Below, piece after piece: positions 58,474 through 64,000 of a stretch of DNA of 64,000 bases. Within the stretch, counting starts at the first letter, position 1, and each line of letters opens with the position of its first letter. The translations under genes were made by a program, and so were the position numbers. The stretch is from an uncultured Alphaproteobacteria bacterium (GTDB lineage Bacteria; Pseudomonadota; Alphaproteobacteria; RF32; CAG-239): assembly GCA_944392255.1 (NCBI GenBank), contig CALXVY010000005.1, positions 5,961 to 69,960 on the forward strand, written 5' to 3'. The notes under the pieces were generated by a model. It did no database searches, was not told the DNA's origin, and saw only the letters and a list, made by a program, of their open reading frames with translations.

Positions 58474-59919
58474 ATGTGGCAGCCAATTTTTATGATTAGT
58501 GGGTACTTTGTAAGTATTCTGGGATTATCAATGCTCATTCCGGCCGCCGTTGATATGTACTATACCGGACAAAATTGGTCTCCTTTTGTAACCACCGCCA
58601 TCATTTCCTTATTTATTGGTGTATCGTTATATTTGGGAAATCGTACTAAAATTGAAAAAATTTCCATTCGCCAAGGATATCTGATTACAACGATTAGCTG
58701 GTTTGCTTTATCCTTGCTTTCAGCATTGCCGTTTATGCTAACAGAAACCACCACTTATTGGGCTGATGCAATATTTGAGGCTACTTCAGGAATAACAACA
58801 ACCGGAGCTACAATACTAACAGATATTGATAATACTTCCAAAGCCATTTTACTCTGGCGTTCATTACTTAATGCTTTAGGTGGTGTAGGTATTGTTATTT
58901 TTGCTGTTGCCTTGCTTCCTTTCTTAGGAATTGGCGGTATGCAGATTTTTCAAAGAGAAAGTTCTGATTTAAACGAAAAACTCATGCCTAAAATCAGCTA
59001 TATTGCTAAGAGAATAATTATTATATATGTTCTTCTCTTAACCTTAACCTTTGGAGGTTTACTCCTTGCCGACATGGGAAAATTTGATGCCGTATGCCAT
59101 GCTTTATCATCAGTATCAACCGGAGGATTTTCAACCAAAAACACATCTGTCGGCTACTTTAACAATGTTTGGGCAGAAATCGTTTTGATGCTTGGAATGA
59201 TTGCAGGCTCTTTACCTTTGACATGGTATTTAGTTGTATTGAAAAACGGAAAAAATAATTCTTTTCGCAGTGCTCAAGTCCCTTTTTTCTTAAAAACACT
59301 TATGTTCTTTATTTTATCAACAACATTATGGCTTTTTTATACCAATGAACATTTTTCATTTTGGCAAGCTTTAAGATATGCATCTTTTAATGTTGTTTCC
59401 ATTACCACAGATACAGGTTTTGTTTCAACTGATTATATGAAATGGGGGCTATTTGCGCAGACCATATTCTTAATATTTGCCGTTACGGGAGGATGTTCAG
59501 GGTCGACATCTGGCGGTGTAAAAGCATTTCGTTGGCAAGTTATTTTTGCTTTTTTCAAAAAGTCTATTATCAATATGACAGAGCCAAGTCGAATTTTACC
59601 AGTTAAGATTAAAAACATGAATGTTGATGATAAGGTTATCAATTCCGTATTCATATTTGTTTTGGCATTTGCTTTCAGCATTATTGTTTTAACCACACTG
59701 GTAGCCATAACCGGAGTCGATTTTACCACGGCATTTAGCGCAATAATAGGGTGTATTACCAGTGCCGGTCCTGGAGTAGGAAATATAGTCGGTCCAGCAG
59801 GAACCTTTGCTCCGTTATCAGATTTTGCCAAATATGTTTGCTCGTTTGCCATGCTCTTAGGGCGTTTGGAAGTAATGACTATTTTAGTAGTCTTCACGCG
59901 CAACTTCTGGCATAGATAG
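58474..59919 (+). CDS. trkH: Trk system potassium uptake protein TrkH
   Basis: 481-aa polytopic protein with pore-loop motifs SGITTTGAT, VSTGGFS, TTDTGFV and TSAGPGVG. Confidence 0.9.
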   Translation: MWQPIFMISGYFVSILGLSMLIPAAVDMYYTGQNWSPFVTTAIISLFIGVSLYLGNRTKIEKISIRQGYLITTISWFALSLLSALPFMLTETTTYWADAIFEATSGITTTGATILTDIDNTSKAILLWRSLLNALGGVGIVIFAVALLPFLGIGGMQIFQRESSDLNEKLMPKISYIAKRIIIIYVLLLTLTFGGLLLADMGKFDAVCHALSSVSTGGFSTKNTSVGYFNNVWAEIVLMLGMIAGSLPLTWYLVVLKNGKNNSFRSAQVPFFLKTLMFFILSTTLWLFYTNEHFSFWQALRYASFNVVSITTDTGFVSTDYMKWGLFAQTIFLIFAVTGGCSGSTSGGVKAFRWQVIFAFFKKSIINMTEPSRILPVKIKNMNVDDKVINSVFIFVLAFAFSIIVLTTLVAITGVDFTTAFSAIIGCITSAGPGVGNIVGPAGTFAPLSDFAKYVCSFAMLLGRLEVMTILVVFTRNFWHR

Positions 59920-60049
59920 ATATCCCCAGCAAACAAGGAATTCTAAATCAGCTACAAAACTTCGATATGAGCACGCCCATTGGTATGGAAGGTGATGTCC
60001 CAACACCGTGACAATCAGCCCTAAGTAAATTTTTTTGTAAGGCATAGAT

Positions 60050-60077
60050 AAAAAAAAGGCACTTAAAAAAAAGTGCC
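60050..60077 (-). terminator. Rho-independent terminator of the DUF2155 gene
   Basis: Stem GGCACTT / AAGTGCC, followed by T8 on the minus strand. Confidence 0.7.
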
Positions 60078-60104
60078 GAATTTTATCTTCATTTTTGTAA
60101 GCAT

Positions 60105-61070
60105 TTATTGCAAAAGATTTAATTCTTTATCAATTTCGTTCACATCAATGGAATTTTCTTCTGCTTGTGCCGGCGAAGCATTTGCATCAGTTGCTAATTG
60201 TTCTTCTTCATTATCAAGAGATAAGAATTTCTCAAGAAATCCGCCTGAATTTTGAACTTTAGAGCTATCAGCCTCGTTTAATTGTTCAGGAGTTGCAAGA
60301 TTTCCTTCAATTAAAGAATCTGTTGTTTCTTGATTATCAGAAGATTCTGGTGCTACGTCATTTCCGATATTAAGCAAAGATTTCGGAGCTCCGTCTTCAT
60401 GTATTTCAGGCTCAATGATAGGTTCATTTGGCAAAATTGTCGGAGGATTTGCCACAGAATGATTCTCTAAAACTTTTTCTTCTATAATTGCTGTTTCTTT
60501 TGCTTCTTCAACTTTGGTTTCAGGCTCAACCATTAAGTCTTTGTCAGCAGAAGAAGATTCGTGAATTTGAGAAGAATCATCTTGAGACTTTAATTTTGCG
60601 CTTTCATCTAAGGGCTCGGCTTTAGGCAAAGCATCTCTGGCCGCCAATTCTTCTTTAGATAGAAGTTGAGAAGGATTAACTTTGCCATCAATACATTTTA
60701 GAAGCCACACATCATAAATAGGATGTTCAATCGGGTTAAGAGCGGGAGAAGAAGAAATCATCCAGCCGCGAAAAATATTAACCGGAGTTTGGTTATGATA
60801 ACTGTCTGTAACATCAACAAAAGCAAAGTTTTCGGGAGTATCTTCAGGCGATCTGGTTTTACAAGCCCGTACCAGAATAGAAAAACTACCAAAATCAACG
60901 CTTCCGTTAACAGGAACATTAATAACACTTACTTTTCCGGTAATTTTATCCATAGCTTGCATTTGCGCCATGTTCGTATCAATTTCAGCCGCAATAGCCA
61001 ATTTTGTACAAAACAAAGTTCCACAAGTAAGTGCGGCTAGCAAGTGAGATTTATTGATTTTCTTGTCCAT
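60105..61070 (-). CDS. DUF2155 domain protein with ~190-aa acidic disordered C-terminal extension
   Basis: N-terminal part: signal peptide, then AMDKITGKVSVINVPVNGSVDFGSFSILVRACKTRSPEDTPENFAFVDV...FRGWMISSSPALNPIEHPIYDVWLLKC. The tail is rich in E/D/S/P. The start overlaps the upstream mlaD by 20 nt. Confidence 0.65.
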   Translation of the reverse strand: MDKKINKSHLLAALTCGTLFCTKLAIAAEIDTNMAQMQAMDKITGKVSVINVPVNGSVDFGSFSILVRACKTRSPEDTPENFAFVDVTDSYHNQTPVNIFRGWMISSSPALNPIEHPIYDVWLLKCIDGKVNPSQLLSKEELAARDALPKAEPLDESAKLKSQDDSSQIHESSSADKDLMVEPETKVEEAKETAIIEEKVLENHSVANPPTILPNEPIIEPEIHEDGAPKSLLNIGNDVAPESSDNQETTDSLIEGNLATPEQLNEADSSKVQNSGGFLEKFLSLDNEEEQLATDANASPAQAEENSIDVNEIDKELNLLQ

Positions 61071-61512
61071 TATCAGTTACCATAAAAATGATTTCGCCGA
61101 CCATATCTTCGAGAGATTTGAAATCTTTAACATTAGAAAGAGTATCACCGTCAGCAAGCATTTCTTTAGATTTTCCCGGTTCAATTTTAATGAATTTATC
61201 ACCCATTAAACCATCACCGACAATAGTAGCCACGCTATCTTTAGGAAGTTTAATATTGGGCAAAATACTCATTTTAACATCAGCAATATAATCTTGTTCA
61301 TCAAGAGCAAGTTCAACAATTGAACCAACTTTAATACCATTAATTCTAACATCGGAGCCAACATTTAAGCCACCGACTTTTAAAAAGTTGGCTGTTACGT
61401 TATAACCTTTAACAACTTGCAAATCAGAAACTTTAAATCCGAAATATAAGAAAAATGCGGCAACAACCAACACTACAATACCCATAATTGTTTCAACAGG
61501 TTTTTTATTCAT
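61051..61512 (-). CDS. mlaD: MlaD-like single-MCE-domain protein
   Basis: N-terminal TM anchor and an MCE domain (NFLKVGGLNVGSDVRINGIKVGSIVELALD...ATIVGDGLMGDKFIKIEPG). Confidence 0.75.
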   Translation of the reverse strand: MNKKPVETIMGIVVLVVAAFFLYFGFKVSDLQVVKGYNVTANFLKVGGLNVGSDVRINGIKVGSIVELALDEQDYIADVKMSILPNIKLPKDSVATIVGDGLMGDKFIKIEPGKSKEMLADGDTLSNVKDFKSLEDMVGEIIFMVTDNGQENQ

Positions 61513-61541
61513 AAAAAATACTCCTTAAACAAATACAACTA

Positions 61542-62033
61542 TTATTTTTTATCGTTTTTACGATTAGCTTTTCCGATAGAGATAATTCTATCCATAAGTT
61601 CCTCTAAGACCATAGCATCTTGTGTATAAGCAAATTCGCCGCCTTGAGGGATATAGTCCATAGAACCACCGGGTTCAATTTCAATATATTTCTTACCCAT
61701 AAGGCCGGAACTGACAATAGAAGCGCTGCTATCATCGGGGATTTTGACATTTTCTTTAATATCCAAAGTTAAAATAGCTTTGAAGTGATCATCTAATCGG
61801 GCATTGATAACTCGACCGATATCCACACCGGCCAAGCGCACCTGATCACCGACAAGCAAACCATCAGTTCTATTGAAACGAGCATCAACGGTATAATATT
61901 TTCCATCTTCTTTATGAGACATGCTATCTTTGTTCATAACATAAATAGAGGAAACCAAAGCAATCAATAAAGCGGTATAGATACCCACTTTAAGGTGTCT
62001 TGCTTCATCTTTAGAATAAACTTCTTCTTTCAT
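61542..62033 (-). CDS. Second MlaD/MCE-domain paralogue
   Basis: TM anchor and an MCE domain (ARFNRTDGLLVGDQVRLAGVDIGRVINARLD...ASIVSSGLMGKKYIEIEPG). It lies in tandem with 61051-61512. Confidence 0.7.
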   Translation of the reverse strand: MKEEVYSKDEARHLKVGIYTALLIALVSSIYVMNKDSMSHKEDGKYYTVDARFNRTDGLLVGDQVRLAGVDIGRVINARLDDHFKAILTLDIKENVKIPDDSSASIVSSGLMGKKYIEIEPGGSMDYIPQGGEFAYTQDAMVLEELMDRIISIGKANRKNDKK

Positions 62034-62179
62034 ATTTACTCCATCAAAAACATAAATTAACTATATAAATAACTTAAAATAAATATTTTGTCATCAAACA
62101 TTTTGAAAAATGAAAATAATTGTTAAAATTTAAAAAAAAATGATTAATATAAAAATAAATAAGCAAAGAAAGAAACAAA

Positions 62180-62899
62180 ATGATAGTTGTAAAAAATTTA
62201 TGTAAAGATTATGGGGAAAAACATGCCGTAAACAATGTCAACTTTTGTATATCAAGAGGAGAGATTGTATCGCTTTTAGGTCCAAACGGAGCAGGAAAAA
62301 CAACATTAATGCGCCTTTTAACGGGGTACATTGAGCCCACCTCGGGAGAAGTTAAAATTTTTGATAAAAACATTCAAACATCACGTTTAGAGTGCTTAGC
62401 AAAAATAGGCTATGTTCCAGAAAGTGGATTCTTATATAATGATATGTCTGTTGCCGATTTTTTACACTATACGGCTCAATTGAGAAATTTAAGCCAAGAA
62501 GATTATATTCAAAATTTTCAGAAAGTTGTAGAAAGTTTAGAATTAAAATCAGTAATTAACCAGAAAATAGAAACCTTATCCAAAGGTTTTAAGCGCCGCA
62601 CCGGAATAGCAGCCGCTTTGCTTCATAATCCCGAGATTCTGATTTTAGATGAACCGACGGAAGGTTTGGACCCTAATCAGAAATTTAGCCTAAGAAATTA
62701 TATTAAAAACTACGGACGAGAAAAAATCGTCATCATTTCAACCCATATTATGGAAGAAGTAGAAGCCATGGCAGACAGAGTCATATTGCTCAACCATGGA
62801 AAATTAGTCAAAGATACCTCACCGGAAAAACTCAAAGAGCTTTTTCCTGAGCATAATATTGAAACCGCATTTTATAAAATAACCAGTGAGACTGACTAA
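62180..62899 (+). CDS. ABC transporter ATP-binding protein (ABC-2/GldA-like)
   Basis: Walker A GPNGAGKTT, signature LSKGFKRRTGIAAAL and Walker B ILILDEPTEGLD. Confidence 0.85.
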   Translation: MIVVKNLCKDYGEKHAVNNVNFCISRGEIVSLLGPNGAGKTTLMRLLTGYIEPTSGEVKIFDKNIQTSRLECLAKIGYVPESGFLYNDMSVADFLHYTAQLRNLSQEDYIQNFQKVVESLELKSVINQKIETLSKGFKRRTGIAAALLHNPEILILDEPTEGLDPNQKFSLRNYIKNYGREKIVIISTHIMEEVEAMADRVILLNHGKLVKDTSPEKLKELFPEHNIETAFYKITSETD

Positions 62900-62900
62900 G

Positions 62901-63632
62901 ATGAAAAATCAACTCATAAGCATATTTAAAAAAGAAAGCTTTACTTTTTTCGAAGGACTTCAAGCATGGATAATATTAGGGGTATATATATTGTTATCCA
63001 TGTTTATCACATTTTTTGTCGGCGGCTTTTTTAGCATAAATAATATGGGGCTTTTTTCTTTCTTTTATTTTCAACCATATATCATGGCATTTTTGATACC
63101 TGCAATAACCATGCGCTTATGGGCAGAAGAAAGAAAAACGGGAACGCTGGAATTTTTATTAACGCAACCTGTTTCGGTAACATCAGTTGTTGTTGGTAAA
63201 TTTATGTCAGCATGGTTCATGTGCCTATGTATGCTTTTGTTGAGCACACCGCTGTGGATATATCTGAATGTATGTTTTGAAGCAGATAATTTGAATATAT
63301 TATGCGGATATATTGCTTGTATTTTATTGTCGGGAAGCTTTTGCGCCTTAGGTTGTTTAATTTCTTCTTTTTGCTCCGCACCTGCCATATCGTATTTGTG
63401 GAGTCTGATTGTTTTATTTTTTATCTGTGCAGATGATTTTTCAAACATAATAAAATTATTTCATTTTCCCTTAAATATAGAAATAAAATTATCAAATAGC
63501 CTGAATTTGAGCAGTCAATATAATGATTTGATAAGCGGGCAAGTCAGCTTTGATAACTTTTTATATTTCATTTTTTTGATGATAATATGCTTAGTTTTGA
63601 ACAACATCAGCGTTGAATATAAAAAGAATTAA
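62901..63632 (+). CDS. ABC-2 type permease (GldF-like)
   Basis: The ATG at 62901 lies directly after the upstream TAA. About 6 TM helices. The order ATPase, permease, GldG-like is consistent. Confidence 0.6.
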   Translation: MKNQLISIFKKESFTFFEGLQAWIILGVYILLSMFITFFVGGFFSINNMGLFSFFYFQPYIMAFLIPAITMRLWAEERKTGTLEFLLTQPVSVTSVVVGKFMSAWFMCLCMLLLSTPLWIYLNVCFEADNLNILCGYIACILLSGSFCALGCLISSFCSAPAISYLWSLIVLFFICADDFSNIIKLFHFPLNIEIKLSNSLNLSSQYNDLISGQVSFDNFLYFIFLMIICLVLNNISVEYKKN

Positions 63633-63647
63633 AAAAAAGGAGCAGAA

Positions 63648-64000
63648 ATGGATAAGAAAAAATATTCTAAATTATTGTTAATGGCTGCCCTAATTGCTAT
63701 GGCGGTTGTCATCTTTATTGCTCTGATGTTTAGTTCAACATTGTTGTGGAATAATAAGAAAGCAGATTTAACTTCATCACAAAGATATGGGCTGAGCCAA
63801 TCTACAAAAAAAATCATCAAAGACATAAAACAACCGATAAATGTAAGTATATATATGTCCAAAGATTTAGATTCTAATTATCCGGAATTAGGATTACACG
63901 CGCAAAATCTGCTGCGAATGTTAGAAAAAATGCAAGTTTTGTCCAATGGAAAAATAAGCATCAATTTAAAAAATCCAGAGCCGTATTCTCCAACCGAGTA
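63648..64000 (+). CDS. GldG-like ABC-transporter auxiliary component (3'-truncated by the window edge; absent from the ORF track)
   Basis: AAGGAG at 63638-63643 and ATG at 63648. The frame stays open to the window end. There is an N-terminal TM anchor, then DLTSSQRYGLSQSTKKIIKDIKQPINVSIYMSKD...LLRMLEKMQVLSNGKISINLKNPE, which matches the GldG/ABC_transp_aux pattern. Confidence 0.5.
   Translation, partial: MDKKKYSKLLLMAALIAMAVVIFIALMFSSTLLWNNKKADLTSSQRYGLSQSTKKIIKDIKQPINVSIYMSKDLDSNYPELGLHAQNLLRMLEKMQVLSNGKISINLKNPEPYSPTE

Noticed and set aside
1-64000. CRISPR arrays, IS elements, transposases, integrases, prophage genes, rRNA
   Set aside because: Reading the ORF translations and intergenic regions, I saw no regularly spaced direct repeats. 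I saw no DDE or tyrosine/serine recombinase motifs, no phage structural genes and no rRNA-like GC-rich kilobase blocks.

Overview
The window is AT-rich bacterial chromosome with very high coding density and standard code 11 (TAA, TAG and TGA stops are all used). Gene content and local synteny point to a reduced, probably host-associated alphaproteobacterium. The supporting arrangements are ppiD/tpiA-secG-pyrG..kdsA, dusB..trkA-hfq-hflX, lspA-DUF3035-M16-M16, rlpA-dacC-tmk-holB-tatD-MBL and MlaD plus DUF2155. This placement is an inference from synteny recalled from memory, not from a database search.

I support about 58 protein-coding genes, mostly housekeeping. They include tpiA, secG, pyrG, kdsA, recO, parC, fhs, dusB, trkA, hfq, hflX, recJ, mgtE, lspA, pgi, mutL, galE, tmk, holB, metG and trkH. 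I also call two tRNAs, Leu-GAG and Ser-UGA, a set of clear rho-independent terminators and a few near-consensus sigma70-like promoters. I found no rRNA, CRISPR array, transposase or integrase.

The main points of interest are:
- **tRNA-Ser locus.** The 3' end of the tRNA plus its terminator is duplicated about 215 bp away. The two copies bracket a 100-nt block of about 60% GC and an AT hairpin. An orphan 792-aa protein with a possible ADP-ribosyltransferase-like motif string sits directly beside this locus.
- **Giant coiled-coil protein.** A membrane-anchored protein of about 1334 aa appears to be co-transcribed with an orphan 189-aa ORF and dusB.
- **Orphan transcription units.** Several interrupt otherwise conserved gene strings, at 397-2883 and 8042-9151.
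- **Panacea/SocA-like gene.** It has no recognisable toxin partner.
- **Divergent LpxA paralogue.** It lies with a second hexapeptide-repeat protein and a DHH phosphoesterase between holB-tatD-MBL and metG.
- **Tandem MlaD paralogues.** They are coupled to a DUF2155 protein that carries a long acidic tail.
- **Missed small ORF.** A conserved-looking 59-aa ORF falls below the ORF-track length cutoff.

All family assignments come from motif recognition by eye. No searches or computations were run beyond hand counts.
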